Made by a program: the position numbers and the translations under genes | Notes under the pieces: generated by a model | Database searches by the model: none | What the model was told of the DNA's origin: nothing | Seen by the model: the letters and a program-made list of their open reading frames with translations, nothing else | Source: Vulcanimicrobiota bacterium | Lineage (GTDB): Bacteria; Vulcanimicrobiota; Vulcanimicrobiia; Vulcanimicrobiales; Vulcanimicrobiaceae | Direction: 5' to 3' | Length of the DNA: 64,000 bases | Assembly (NCBI GenBank): GCA_963786105.1 | Contig: CAWAXX010000017.1 | Coordinates: forward strand, 160,001-224,000 | Shown: positions 37,940 to 47,888 of the stretch, in pieces | How the letters are laid out: each line of letters begins with the position of its first letter | How positions within the stretch are numbered: the first letter of the stretch is position 1

Positions 37940-39214
37940 TTACGACGATTCGAGGAAATCTCGATGACGGCGCTCGGGGCCAACCAAATACCCGAGCGCC
38001 GTCAGCACGAAGACGCTCGCCAACGCGATTACCGCGATAATAGCCATTGCTTTGGCGTAGTTAGCGCCGCCGCCCGGCAACGGGAACTTCAGCGCGAAGG
38101 CCGCCTCCATTTGGGCGGCGCCGGCGCTTATCGCATTGCCGAGCTGGTAGGTGAAGCCTGGAAACGTTCCGCGGGCGTCGGCGGGCGATAACTCGTTGAG
38201 ATGCGCGGGAATCACGCCCCAGGCCCCCTGCACCATGAATTGAATGGCGAAGGCCCCGACGCCCAACAGGACGGCGGTTTGGCCGAACGCCCAAAGCGGG
38301 ATCGTCGTCGCACCGAGCACGGCACAAATCAAGATGCACGCCCTCCGGCCCCAGTGCTGCGAGACCGCCCCGAAAGCGATGCCTCCGCCGATGGCGCCGA
38401 ACGCGGCGACCACCGACAGCGTAAAAACGGTCCCGGTTGAAAAGCCTCGCTGCTTTTGCAAAAACGTCGCGTAGAGATCTTGGGTACCGTGCGACATAAA
38501 GTTCAGTGCCGACATGAACAATATGACGTAAACGACCAGCGGCCAGTGGCGCGCCAGCGAGCGCAGGACGAAGAGCGGTGCCGTCGTCACGTGCTGCGTA
38601 CGCCGTGCCATCCAAGCCGGTGATTCCGGCACGTACGCGCGAATGTAGAAAATCACGAGCGCGGGCAGCACGCCGACCACGAACAGGATGCGCCAGTTCC
38701 ATTGCGAGAAGCCCAGCGCCGCGGCGAAATGAAAAACGAGAAAGTAGGCAGCCGCGGCAAGGAGGTAGCCGACCATGTAGCCTTCTTGCAGAATGCCGCT
38801 GAAGAGTCCGCGGCGGCGCGGCGGCAGCACTTCCATCGCCATGGCAGCTCCCAGCCCCCATTCGCCGCCCATCGCAATGCCGTACAGCGCGCGGAGTACG
38901 AGAAAAACCGTAAAGTTTGGCGAGAACGCCGTGAGCAGCTCCACGACGGAGTAGAACGCGATGTCGATCATCAGCGGCGTACGGCGCCCGTACCGGTCGG
39001 CGATCCATCCGAAAACGAACGCGCCAACCGGCCTACATAAGAGCGTCAAAGTGATGGCGCCGGTGACTTCGGCAATGCCGCGGTTGAAGTCGGCGGCGAT
39101 TCGGGTGACGACGAACGTCAGGAGAAAGAAATCGAACGCGTCGAGGGACCAGCCGAGAAAGCTGGCGACGAACGTTTTGCGAGCAGGCGAGCTAAGTTCG
39201 CTCCAGGCGCTCAT
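37940..39214 (-). CDS. MFS transporter, SHS/Jen1-like carboxylate family
   Basis: WSLDAFDF, ADRYGRR, GIAMGGEWG, SHGTQDLY and GFTYQLGN motifs. Confidence 0.88.
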   Translation of the reverse strand: MSAWSELSSPARKTFVASFLGWSLDAFDFFLLTFVVTRIAADFNRGIAEVTGAITLTLLCRPVGAFVFGWIADRYGRRTPLMIDIAFYSVVELLTAFSPNFTVFLVLRALYGIAMGGEWGLGAAMAMEVLPPRRRGLFSGILQEGYMVGYLLAAAAYFLVFHFAAALGFSQWNWRILFVVGVLPALVIFYIRAYVPESPAWMARRTQHVTTAPLFVLRSLARHWPLVVYVILFMSALNFMSHGTQDLYATFLQKQRGFSTGTVFTLSVVAAFGAIGGGIAFGAVSQHWGRRACILICAVLGATTIPLWAFGQTAVLLGVGAFAIQFMVQGAWGVIPAHLNELSPADARGTFPGFTYQLGNAISAGAAQMEAAFALKFPLPGGGANYAKAMAIIAVIALASVFVLTALGYLVGPERRHRDFLESS

Positions 39215-39221
39215 CGGGCGT

Positions 39222-39294
39222 CCTTCGACTACGCCCCTTCGGGGCTCCGCTCGTCCTTCGACTACGGCGCTTCGCGCCTCCGCTCAGGATGACA
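39222..39294 (+). repeat. REP-like repeat, tandem dimer
   Basis: CCTTCGACTAC-GCCCC-TTC-GGGGC-TCCGCTC, then CCTTCGACTAC-GGCGC-TTC-GCGCC-TCCGCTCAGGATGACA. Confidence 0.9.
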
Positions 39295-39299
39295 CGGGG

Positions 39300-40208
39300 C
39301 TAGGGCGTCGGTGATGGACTCGTGGACGGCGACGACGAGGGCGCGGCGGAGCTGGCCGGTGATGGCGAGGGCGTCGGCGTCATTCCCGGCGGATACTGGA
39401 AGCCGTAAAGCGCAAGCAACCAAATTTGTCCGCGTTTGACGGTCACTCGAGGCGTCGCGAACGTGAACTGCACGGTGGTGTCGCCGACCGTCGCTTTCGT
39501 GTAGGTCGCGAGGTACTGGTCGGTCCGCTTTCCGCGTAAGGCGCTTTCGTTGTATAGCTGGATCGCGAAGGAGCGGGTGGCGACCTGTGCGCGCGGCATG
39601 GTGTATTGCACGGCGGCATTGCCGTTGAGCGAGAAGTCCGTGTCGCTCTGCAGGCGGATCGCGACCATCGGCGCGACGCGCATCGCACGAGGGTCGGGAT
39701 TGGTCATCGCCGGTACGTCCTTCGGGAGAGGTTCCATTTGCAGCGTAATGGTGCCAGGTGGCGTAGGCGCGGGGCTGCTCATGTCCGACGAGTCGTCGCC
39801 GCTATCGTCGGATCCGCTCGATGCACTCGGCGATGGCGACGGCGATGGCGTGGGCGATGGAGTGGGTTTCGGCGTCGATCCGGGCGAGCTAGACGGCCCC
39901 GGGGTCGGCATATTGAAACTCACCGTGCACGCGAACTGCTGTACGACGGGGCATTTGACGCCGTTCGGACCGTCGCCGACCGCGAACTGCGATTCGTTCG
40001 GCGCAAGCGTCGAGCCAGGCGCGGTCAACTCGGCTTGTCCGTTCGCGCCAATCGTGGGGCCTTGCATTGCGCCGGTTCCCATCGGACCCGGTTGAGAAAC
40101 CGGGGGTCCCATCATACCCCCCATACCGCCGCCGCTGTCGAGCCCACCTTGGCAGGCTCCCAACGCGAGCGCAATCGCGGCGAAAGCGACGCGAACGTCG
40201 AACTTCAT
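39300..40208 (-). CDS. Hypothetical lipoprotein with Pro/Ser/Thr-rich linkers
   Basis: Lipobox LGAC; PTPSPTPSPSPSPS low-complexity tracts. Confidence 0.7.
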   Translation of the reverse strand: MKFDVRVAFAAIALALGACQGGLDSGGGMGGMMGPPVSQPGPMGTGAMQGPTIGANGQAELTAPGSTLAPNESQFAVGDGPNGVKCPVVQQFACTVSFNMPTPGPSSSPGSTPKPTPSPTPSPSPSPSASSGSDDSGDDSSDMSSPAPTPPGTITLQMEPLPKDVPAMTNPDPRAMRVAPMVAIRLQSDTDFSLNGNAAVQYTMPRAQVATRSFAIQLYNESALRGKRTDQYLATYTKATVGDTTVQFTFATPRVTVKRGQIWLLALYGFQYPPGMTPTPSPSPASSAAPSSSPSTSPSPTP

Positions 40209-40213
40209 AAAAA

Positions 40214-41941
40214 TTATTTCTTGGCCTCAACGACGGATTGGAGTTCTTCCGCGAACGTGCCGATGGAAACGGTGCGTTTGTTCCCAACGCCTCGCTCGTT
40301 CACGTTCACCGTGCCCTCGGCGGCCTCTTGCTTTCCGACGACCAGAATGTACGGCACTTTCTGCGTTTTCCAGTGACGGATTTTGTAGCCGAGCTTTTCG
40401 TTGCTCCCGTCGACGTCGACGCGGTGGCCCATCCCGGCGAGACGAGCGGCCACTTGGCGCGCGTACGCTTCCTGGTTCTCCGAAATCGGCACGACGACCG
40501 CTTGCACCGGCGCCAGCCAGGCGGGGAAGGCACCGGCGAAATGCTCGATGGCGATACCGAAAAAGCGTTCTATCGATCCGGCCAGCGCCCGGTGGATCAT
40601 CACCGGGATGTGATCGTGCCCATCGCTTCCGCGATACTTCAACTCGAAACGAGCGGGGAGAATGAAATCGACCTGCACGGTGCCGAGCTGCCACTTTCGG
40701 CCGATCGCGTCGCGTACGTTGATGTCGAGTTTAGGTCCGTAAAATGCGCCGCCGCCGGGATCGACGCTGTGCGGCAGGCCGTAGCGTTCTAGCGCCTTAC
40801 GAATGGCGTCTTCGGCTAAGGGATCGGTTTGCGTACGCAGCCGATCCTCGCGCGTGGACAGGACGTACTCGAAATCGGTGAAGCCGAAGGCGTTCATCAG
40901 GCGCATCGCCTCGTCGAGCGTGAGCTCGAATTCACCCTGCAGTTGCTCGGGCGTGCAAAAGATGTGGGCGTCGTCCTGGGTGAAGCCGCGTACGCGCAGC
41001 AATCCATGCACGACGCCGGATCGCTCGTAGCGGTATACCGTGCCGAACTCGCTGTAGCGGAGCGGAAGCTCGCGGTAACTGTGCATCCGGCTACGATAAA
41101 TCAGGATGTGTCCGGGGCAGTTCATCGGCTTCAGACGGAAGCGTTGTTCCTCGACCTCGACCGGCCCGAACATGTTTTGCGCGAAGTTTTCCAGGTGGCC
41201 GGAAATCTCGTACAACTTCTCGCTGACGACGTGCGGCGTGACCACGGGTTGATACCCGCGATCGCGCAGCCCTTGGCGGATGAAATCCTCGATGAGCCCG
41301 CGCACGATGGCGCCCTTGGGATGCCAGAAAATTAGCCCAGCCCCAGCGTCCTCCTCGATCGAGTACAGATCGAGATCGGCGCCGAGTTTGCGGTGGTCGC
41401 GCTGGAGCGCCTCTTCGACCTGGGCGAGATACGCGTCGAGCTCGGCGCGGTCGTACCACGCCGTTCCGTAGATGCGTTGCAGCATCGGCCTGCGCTCGTC
41501 GCCGCGCCAATAGGCGCCGGCTACGCTCGTCAGCTTGAGCGCCCCAACCTCACCCGTAGAATCGGCATGACCGCCGCGGCACAGGTCGGTGAATTCGCCT
41601 ATGGTGTAGAGCGTTATCGGCTCGCCCTCCGGGATTTCGCTAGCGATCTCTACCTTATAGGGGTTGCCCCTGAAAATGCTGAGCGCTTCGGCGCGGGTGA
41701 CGGCCTGCCCGGTCATCGGGTAGTTGGCCTTCACGATTTCGGCCATCCGCGTCTCAAGGCGGGCGAGATCCTCGGTCGTGAACGGCTCGGCCCGGTCGAA
41801 ATCGTAGTAGAAACCGTTTTCGATCGCCGGGCCGATGGTCGGCTTGGCGTCGGGAAAGAGATCCTGCACGGCGTAGGCCAGCACGTGGGCGGCGGTGTGA
41901 CGCAGCTCGGGAAGGGGCGTTCTTACCTGGGGCTCGGACAT
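40214..41941 (-). CDS. thrS: Threonine--tRNA ligase (short form without the N-terminal TGS domain)
   Basis: GPAIENGFYYDF, DLCRGGH, RDHRKLG, LKPMNCPGH, RVRGFTQDDAH and FYGPKLD motifs. Confidence 0.97.
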   Translation of the reverse strand: MSEPQVRTPLPELRHTAAHVLAYAVQDLFPDAKPTIGPAIENGFYYDFDRAEPFTTEDLARLETRMAEIVKANYPMTGQAVTRAEALSIFRGNPYKVEIASEIPEGEPITLYTIGEFTDLCRGGHADSTGEVGALKLTSVAGAYWRGDERRPMLQRIYGTAWYDRAELDAYLAQVEEALQRDHRKLGADLDLYSIEEDAGAGLIFWHPKGAIVRGLIEDFIRQGLRDRGYQPVVTPHVVSEKLYEISGHLENFAQNMFGPVEVEEQRFRLKPMNCPGHILIYRSRMHSYRELPLRYSEFGTVYRYERSGVVHGLLRVRGFTQDDAHIFCTPEQLQGEFELTLDEAMRLMNAFGFTDFEYVLSTREDRLRTQTDPLAEDAIRKALERYGLPHSVDPGGGAFYGPKLDINVRDAIGRKWQLGTVQVDFILPARFELKYRGSDGHDHIPVMIHRALAGSIERFFGIAIEHFAGAFPAWLAPVQAVVVPISENQEAYARQVAARLAGMGHRVDVDGSNEKLGYKIRHWKTQKVPYILVVGKQEAAEGTVNVNERGVGNKRTVSIGTFAEELQSVVEAKK

Positions 41942-42014
41942 AGAGCACGCGCTTTCGGCGGCGGCGTGGCCGGAAGCCTTTGAGCGGCTTCGGCGGCGCC
42001 GGGGAGGCGGGCAT

Positions 42015-42055
42015 CTTAAGCCCTTCCCTATATGCTCTTAATCTGTTCTTAGCAT
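42015..42055 (+). promoter_or_regulatory. Candidate Pho box (11-bp-phased direct repeats) upstream of pstS
   Basis: CTTAAGCC (42015), CTTAATCT (42037) and CTTAGCAT (42048) in an AT-rich patch. Confidence 0.55.
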
Positions 42056-42121
42056 TCGGCCGTGAGAATGGGAAGAGTTTTCATCGATACGGCGTTGCAC
42101 CTCGCGTGCAAAGGAGCATTA

Positions 42122-43153
42122 ATGCGGAAAAGACTTGCCCTAATGGCAGCGGCGCTTTTTGTCACGGCGATCCTCCCGGCAATGGCCGCAACGCAGCTGA
42201 CGGGCGCCGGCTCTACCTGGGATTACCCGTACTTCTCGAAGGCGTTTTACGAGTACAGCAAGAGCCACGGCGACGTGCAGGTCAACTACCAGTCCATCGG
42301 CAGCGGCGGCGGCATCGCGCAGTTCACGCAACGAACGGTTGACTTTGGTGCGACCGACGTGCCGATGAACGCCGGCGAGGTGAAGGCGGCCGAGGCTTCG
42401 GGTGGTCCCGTGCTGCAAGCGCCGGTAGTGCTTGGCGGCGTTTCGGTCATCTACAACGTCCCCGGCGTCGCGAGCGGGTTGCACTTGTCTGCCTCGGTTC
42501 TGGCAAATATCTTCTTGGGAAAGATCGCGAACTGGAGCGATCCGCAAATCGCCAAACTCAACGGCGGCATGAAGCTGCCGAACACGCCGATCGTGGTCGT
42601 CCATCGTTCCGACGGCTCGGGCACGACGTATATCTTCACCGACTATCTCAGCAACGTTTCGGCGGAATGGAAATCCAAGGTCGGCACCGGCAAGAGCGTT
42701 ACCTGGTCGGCTCCGAGCGCGATCGGCGGCAAGGGCAGCGAAGGGCTCGCAGGGCAAGTGACTAACAATCCGGGCGCCATCGGCTATGTGGAACTCGCCT
42801 ACGCCATCCAGAACAAGATGTCGCAAGCGACGTTACAGAATGCCGCTGGAAAATTCATTTCCGATGCCCCCGGCGGCGTTCGCGCGGCGGCGGCAGCGAA
42901 ACCCGACGTGAGCGCCACGAACTTCTCGATCGTCGACATGAAGTGCGCGACGTGCTACCCGATCGCCGGATACAGCTGGGTGGTCGTCTACGAAAATCCC
43001 GCGGACAAGGTGAAGGGAAAAATGCTGCAGCAGATTCTTACGTGGTTGACCGGTGACGACGCTCAGAAGATCGCCGGCGGACTGGACTACGTTCCGCTTC
43101 CCGATAACATCCAAGCGCTTTCGCACAAGACGCTTGCAAAGATGCACGTGTAG
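42122..43153 (+). CDS. pstS: Phosphate ABC transporter substrate-binding protein
   Basis: GAGST, YQSIGSGGG, HRSDGSGTT, GAIGYVE and YPIAGY motifs. Confidence 0.95.
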   Translation: MRKRLALMAAALFVTAILPAMAATQLTGAGSTWDYPYFSKAFYEYSKSHGDVQVNYQSIGSGGGIAQFTQRTVDFGATDVPMNAGEVKAAEASGGPVLQAPVVLGGVSVIYNVPGVASGLHLSASVLANIFLGKIANWSDPQIAKLNGGMKLPNTPIVVVHRSDGSGTTYIFTDYLSNVSAEWKSKVGTGKSVTWSAPSAIGGKGSEGLAGQVTNNPGAIGYVELAYAIQNKMSQATLQNAAGKFISDAPGGVRAAAAAKPDVSATNFSIVDMKCATCYPIAGYSWVVVYENPADKVKGKMLQQILTWLTGDDAQKIAGGLDYVPLPDNIQALSHKTLAKMHV

Positions 43154-43233
43154 CGAGTTTTCGGCCCATCGTGTGAAGGTAGGGGGCGCCTCGATCGTGT
43201 ATTGAGGCGTTCCTTGTGCTCCGCCGTGAGGAC

Positions 43234-44163
43234 ATGAAGAATCGAAACTATGCCGCCATAGCTGCGGCGGATCGAATTTTTCTGCTGGTGGTGTACGCCG
43301 CTGCCGGACTGTTCGTGCTGCTCGTCGCCATGCTATTCGTGGAGCTGGTGCACGGATCGTGGCCGTCGATCCAAGCCTTCAAACTAAAGTTCCTGTGGAC
43401 GTCGGAATGGAATCCGGTGACCGGGCAGTTCGGCGCATTACCGCTCATATACGGCACGCTGGTCAGCTCTCTGATCGCCATCGTTTTAGCCGGCGTGGTC
43501 GGAGTATTGGCAGCGGCCTATCTAGCCGAGTTCGCACCCCGCTGGATTTCGCGACCGCTGGGGTTCGTGATCGAACTGCTGGCCGCCGTTCCCAGCGTCG
43601 TCTTCGGGTTGTGGGGCCTGTTCGTTCTCGCCCCGTTCGTGCGCACGATACTCGGACCGTTCTTGCAAAAGACGCTGGGATTCTTGCCGCTTTTTCAGGG
43701 TTCGATCAGCGGCGTCGGCATGCTAACGGCGGGGCTGATTCTCGCGTTGATGGTTTTGCCGACGGTTACGGCGATCAGCCGCGAAGTGATCGTGGCCATT
43801 GGAACGGATCTGCGCGAGGCGTCGATGTCGTTGGGGGCAACCAAGTGGGAAACCGTTGCCCGAGTGGTCCTCCCCGCATCCCGAGTGGGGATATTCGGCG
43901 CGATCGTACTGGCGCTTGGACGCGCGCTCGGCGAAACCATCGCGACCACCATGGTCATCGGCAACCGTCCCGAAATCGCGTCGTCGTTGTTCGCGCCGTC
44001 GTACACGTTGGCAAGCGTCATCGCCAACGAATTTACCGAAGCCAACGGCGCTGTGTATATCAGCGCGCTCATCGAACTGGGGCTGCTGCTGTTCATCGTG
44101 AGCTTTCTCGTGAACGCGTTGGCCCGATTGCTGCTGTGGGCCGTCTTGCGGGAGAAGGGCTAA
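43234..44163 (+). CDS. pstC: Phosphate ABC transporter permease PstC
   Basis: ELLAAVPSVVFGLWG, LGATKWE and GRALGET motifs. Confidence 0.93.
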   Translation: MKNRNYAAIAAADRIFLLVVYAAAGLFVLLVAMLFVELVHGSWPSIQAFKLKFLWTSEWNPVTGQFGALPLIYGTLVSSLIAIVLAGVVGVLAAAYLAEFAPRWISRPLGFVIELLAAVPSVVFGLWGLFVLAPFVRTILGPFLQKTLGFLPLFQGSISGVGMLTAGLILALMVLPTVTAISREVIVAIGTDLREASMSLGATKWETVARVVLPASRVGIFGAIVLALGRALGETIATTMVIGNRPEIASSLFAPSYTLASVIANEFTEANGAVYISALIELGLLLFIVSFLVNALARLLLWAVLREKG

Positions 44164-44164
44164 C

Positions 44165-45031
44165 GTGGCGTCGGCGCCGGCAAGCGGAGCGAAAGATCCG
44201 GTAGGATTCAGGCATGCGGTGAGCTTCATCGGTACGGCCGTTACGGCGGCATGCGCGTCACTGGGTGCGATCGCTCTGCTGGTGATTCTCGGCTACGTCG
44301 CCTTGCAGGGATTCCGCGCGATCGACGTCGCCTTTCTGACGCAGCTGCCGGTACCGGTCGGGGAACCGGGCGGCGGGGTTGCCAACGGCATTATCGGCAC
44401 TCTCATTACGGTTGGCGTGGCCGTGCTGATCGCGACCCCGTTAGGTTTGCTGTCGGGACTCTTTTTGGCACTGTTTGGACGCGGGTGGTTCCCGGAGGCG
44501 GTGCGTTTTCTCTCCGACGTGTTGTCGGGTATTCCGAGCATCGCCATCGGTTTGTTTGCATACACGTTGCTCGTCGCACCGTTCCGGCATTTTTCGGCGC
44601 TGTCGGCCTCCTTCGCCTTCGCGCTATTGATGCTGCCGCTCATCCTGCGGACGTCGGAAGAAGCCGTGCGCAGCGTTCCGCGCGCGATACGCGAAGGCGC
44701 GTTGGCATTAGGGTTGTCTGAAATCGCGTCGACGCTGCGCATCGTACTGCCGGCGGCGCGTCCGGCAATCATCACGGGCCTGTTACTGGCGATCGCGCGC
44801 GTCACCGGAGAGACCGCGCCCCTGCTCTTCACCGCCTTCGGCAGCCAGTTTTGGGAGCTCAACCCCACCCAACCGATGGCACAGCTTCCGTTGCAGGTGT
44901 TCACGTATGCGATTTCTCCGTATCAGAGTTGGCATCAGCAGGCGTGGGCCGGTGCGCTGCTGTTGATTCTCGCGGTGCTCGTGCTCAACGTAGTGGCGCG
45001 GCTAGTCTTGTCGCCGAAGGTGCAGCGATGA
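44165..45031 (+). CDS. pstA: Phosphate ABC transporter permease PstA
   Basis: GIPSIAIGLF, REGALALG and ARVTGETAPLLFT motifs. Confidence 0.93.
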   Translation: MASAPASGAKDPVGFRHAVSFIGTAVTAACASLGAIALLVILGYVALQGFRAIDVAFLTQLPVPVGEPGGGVANGIIGTLITVGVAVLIATPLGLLSGLFLALFGRGWFPEAVRFLSDVLSGIPSIAIGLFAYTLLVAPFRHFSALSASFAFALLMLPLILRTSEEAVRSVPRAIREGALALGLSEIASTLRIVLPAARPAIITGLLLAIARVTGETAPLLFTAFGSQFWELNPTQPMAQLPLQVFTYAISPYQSWHQQAWAGALLLILAVLVLNVVARLVLSPKVQR

Positions 45032-45807
45032 GCGGGAACGCTGCGGCGCCATTGCGCGTCAACGAGCTAAGCGCCTACTACGGCACGCGTCAGGCGGTGG
45101 CCGATGTCACGATGTCATTTGCCGCAAACTCGGTGACGGCTTTGATGGGGCCGTCGGGATGCGGCAAGACGACCATTCTGCGATGCCTTAATCGGATCCA
45201 TGAAATCGCTCCGGGGGCGTACGCGCGCGGTCAGGTGCTCCTGGGCGGCGAGGACGTGTACGAAGCGAATATGAGCGTCATCGAGCTTCGCCGGCGCGTC
45301 GGTATGGTGTTTCAACGGGCGAACCCGTTCCCGACGCTCTCGATTCTCGGCAACGTGATGTCCGGCCTGAGCCGCGAGATTCCGTCGAGCGAAAAAACGC
45401 GAATCGCCGAAAAGGCGCTGCGTTCGGCAGTGCTGTGGGACGAAGTCAAGGACAAGCTGCAAAAGCCGGCCACCGCGCTATCGGGCGGCCAGCAGCAGCG
45501 GTTGTGCATCGCGCGGGCGCTGGCCGTTGAGCCCGAAGTGTTGCTGATGGACGAACCGACATCGTCGTTGGACCCGATTTCGACGCTCAGCATCGAGGAG
45601 CTCATGACCGCGTTGGCCGACGAGTATGCGATCGTGGTCGTTACGCACAACATGCAGCAAGCCGCGCGCGTGTCGGATTATTCCGCTTTCATGCTCGCCG
45701 ACGAGCACGGAGTCGGACGGCTGATCGAGATGGACGAGACTACCAAGATCTTCACTAAGCCGTCCGACCGGCGCACCGAAGACTACATCACGGGTCGCTT
45801 CGGCTGA
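45028..45807 (+). CDS. pstB: Phosphate ABC transporter ATP-binding protein
   Basis: GPSGCGKTT, LSGGQQQRLCIARAL, VTHNMQQAAR and TEDYITGRFG motifs. Confidence 0.96.
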   Translation: MSGNAAAPLRVNELSAYYGTRQAVADVTMSFAANSVTALMGPSGCGKTTILRCLNRIHEIAPGAYARGQVLLGGEDVYEANMSVIELRRRVGMVFQRANPFPTLSILGNVMSGLSREIPSSEKTRIAEKALRSAVLWDEVKDKLQKPATALSGGQQQRLCIARALAVEPEVLLMDEPTSSLDPISTLSIEELMTALADEYAIVVVTHNMQQAARVSDYSAFMLADEHGVGRLIEMDETTKIFTKPSDRRTEDYITGRFG

Positions 45808-45900
45808 GCGGCGTCGTCACGATCCCGGCGATCCTCGTCTAAGGGCGGGAACGCGAGATTGGCGGCGAAAGCATGACGCCCCGCGAGGGAGGAGGCTACG

Positions 45901-46641
45901 GTGTTTGAAGGACGGGTTGCAATTGTCACGGGCGGTCACCGCGGTATCGGTGCGGCCATCACCCAGATGCTGTGCGAAAAGGGCGCGTCAGTGGCGGCCG
46001 GGTACAGCCGCGGTCAAGAGAGCGCTCAGCGCTTCAAGGATCAGATGACGGCCAAGGGCGCAAAGGTTTCGATCCATCAGGGGCGCGTCGACGATACGGA
46101 CGACTGCAATCGTGTCTTCAAAGAAGTCATGGACGAGCACGGGCGCGTCGACTATTTGGTAAACAACGCCGGTATCACCATCGACAAGACGGTACGCAAA
46201 ATGACCGTCGACGACTGGCGCCAAGTGCTCAACGTCAATCTTTCAGGCGCCTTTCAAATGACCAAAGCGGTGCTGGAGCACATGATCGAGCGGGGCTCCG
46301 GCCGTATCGTGATGATCAGCTCGGTGATCGGCGAAACGGGAAACGTCGGCCAGGCGAACTATGCGGCGTCGAAAGCTGGGCTCTTCGGGCTGGTCAAGAG
46401 CTTGGCGCTGGAGATGGCGCAGCGTGGCATTACCGTCAATAGCGTCGCCCCCGGGTTCATCGCCACCGAGATGGTTGGGGCGATTCCGGAGGCCGTGCTC
46501 GCGAAGGTGATCGAAAAAATTCCCCAGCGGCGCCTCGGTAAGCCCGAGGAAGTAGCGCGCGTCGTGCGTTTTCTGCTCGAGGACGAAGCCAGCTATATCA
46601 CCGGCGCGGTGTACAACGTCAACGGCGGCTTGGATATGTAA
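45901..46641 (+). CDS. Acetoacetyl-CoA reductase / 3-oxoacyl-ACP reductase (SDR)
   Basis: TGGHRGIG, NNAGIT and GQANYAASKAG motifs; SD GGAGG; close paralog of 53717..54472. Confidence 0.85.
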   Translation: MFEGRVAIVTGGHRGIGAAITQMLCEKGASVAAGYSRGQESAQRFKDQMTAKGAKVSIHQGRVDDTDDCNRVFKEVMDEHGRVDYLVNNAGITIDKTVRKMTVDDWRQVLNVNLSGAFQMTKAVLEHMIERGSGRIVMISSVIGETGNVGQANYAASKAGLFGLVKSLALEMAQRGITVNSVAPGFIATEMVGAIPEAVLAKVIEKIPQRRLGKPEEVARVVRFLLEDEASYITGAVYNVNGGLDM

Positions 46642-46649
46642 GCCGTCCC

Positions 46650-47108
46650 GTGACGCATCGTCCGCCGTTTAGTCTCGAAGCCCTCGATCACGTGCTCCTG
46701 TTGGTGCGCGGGATGGAGGGCTCGCTCGTATTCTATGAAGACGTGCTGGGCGCGCGTGCCGAGTCGCATCTGCCGCAATACGCGATGGTCGAGCTGCGCG
46801 TCGGGACGTCGCACCTGGATCTGGTAGACGTCGCCGCGCCTGAAGGGCGATGGGCCCTTCCGGGCGTGGACGGGGGGCGGAACGTCGACCACATCGCGCT
46901 GAAGGTCGGCGCGTGCGACGAAAACGAGCTGCGGCGGCACCTCGCGGTACACCACGTTCCGATCCTCGAAGAGCGCGCCGAGGAGGATGCCCGCGGAGCC
47001 ATCTTGTCGCTGTATGTCCGCGATCCGTCCGGGAATGTCGTCGAACTCATAGCGCGCGCCGGCGGCCCGGACTATGCCGGGCGTGAGGTAGAGACGAACT
47101 CCATATAG
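46650..47108 (+). CDS. VOC/glyoxalase family protein
   Basis: LDHVLL, FYEDVLG, VDHIAL and YVRDPSGNVVEL motifs. Confidence 0.85.
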   Translation: MTHRPPFSLEALDHVLLLVRGMEGSLVFYEDVLGARAESHLPQYAMVELRVGTSHLDLVDVAAPEGRWALPGVDGGRNVDHIALKVGACDENELRRHLAVHHVPILEERAEEDARGAILSLYVRDPSGNVVELIARAGGPDYAGREVETNSI

Positions 47109-47779
47109 TAGGCGGTGCGGTCCGCGCTCGGTGCGCCGTAGTAGCGTGAGATCACGTGGAGCGCTGCGGAGATTCCCGACGTGAGACCGCCCGCGGTTAC
47201 GATGCTGCCGTTATCGACGAAACGCTGACCGCGTACGAGGCGTACCTTGGGAAACTGTTTCGCGAACCGATCGTAGAAGTCGTGGTGAGTCGTTGCCGAT
47301 CTGCCGTCGAGAATTCCGGACTCGGCGAGCTTGAACGCGCCGGTGCAAACCGACAACGTGACGTCAACTTTTCCCTGTGCGTTACGAAGAAACTCCATGA
47401 ACCTCTTGGAGCGAGTGGATTGCGCGCCGACGACGATGACGTTGGGCCAAGCTGGAAGGGTATCGAACGTATACTTCGGCTCGATTCGCAGGCCTCCAGC
47501 GATCTCGATGACGTCGCTGGTCTCGCCGACGGTTGCGAGTTCGAAGGGCGTACCGCCGTTGGGAAACCACACGTCGCCGAACGCTTCCCACGGGCCGGCG
47601 AAATCGATCAGGTTGGCGTATTTCGAGACGACGAAAGCCACCGTGATGCGGCCGCTCTTCGGAACTGCGAGCGGTGCCGCGGGGGAATCGGTGGAGGGAG
47701 TTTGCGCCGCGGCCTTCGCAGCCGTCCCGAGCGTGAGTCCACCGATGAGGGCCGCGCCCAGAGCCTGTCGTCTGTTCAT
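47072..47779 (-). CDS. DJ-1/PfpI family protein with twin-arginine-like signal
   Basis: MNRRQALG, DFAGPWEAF, SVCTGA, ATTHH and TAGGLTSGI motifs. Confidence 0.85.
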   Translation of the reverse strand: MNRRQALGAALIGGLTLGTAAKAAAQTPSTDSPAAPLAVPKSGRITVAFVVSKYANLIDFAGPWEAFGDVWFPNGGTPFELATVGETSDVIEIAGGLRIEPKYTFDTLPAWPNVIVVGAQSTRSKRFMEFLRNAQGKVDVTLSVCTGAFKLAESGILDGRSATTHHDFYDRFAKQFPKVRLVRGQRFVDNGSIVTAGGLTSGISAALHVISRYYGAPSADRTAYYMEFVSTSRPA

Positions 47780-47888
47780 GCCTCTAGTATGAGGGGTGAG
47801 TGACGATCTTGCTTGAACGGTTCCTCACGACCCCGGTTAAAATCGTTCAAGACGGCGAATTCACAGAGGGTCGATGATAGGCGCCGTG

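Noticed and set aside
39222..39294. Tandem repeat units with variable interiors as a mini CRISPR array
   Set aside because: The variable parts are 13-15 nt self-complementary stems rather than spacers, copies are dispersed, and no cas genes are present.
39790..39900. GGCGAT/GGCGAC short tandem repeats
   Set aside because: They encode an ordinary Pro-Ser/Thr linker of a lipoprotein.
41942..42014. T-box leader upstream of thrS
   Set aside because: The region is short and GC-rich, with no T-box consensus or U-tailed terminator seen.
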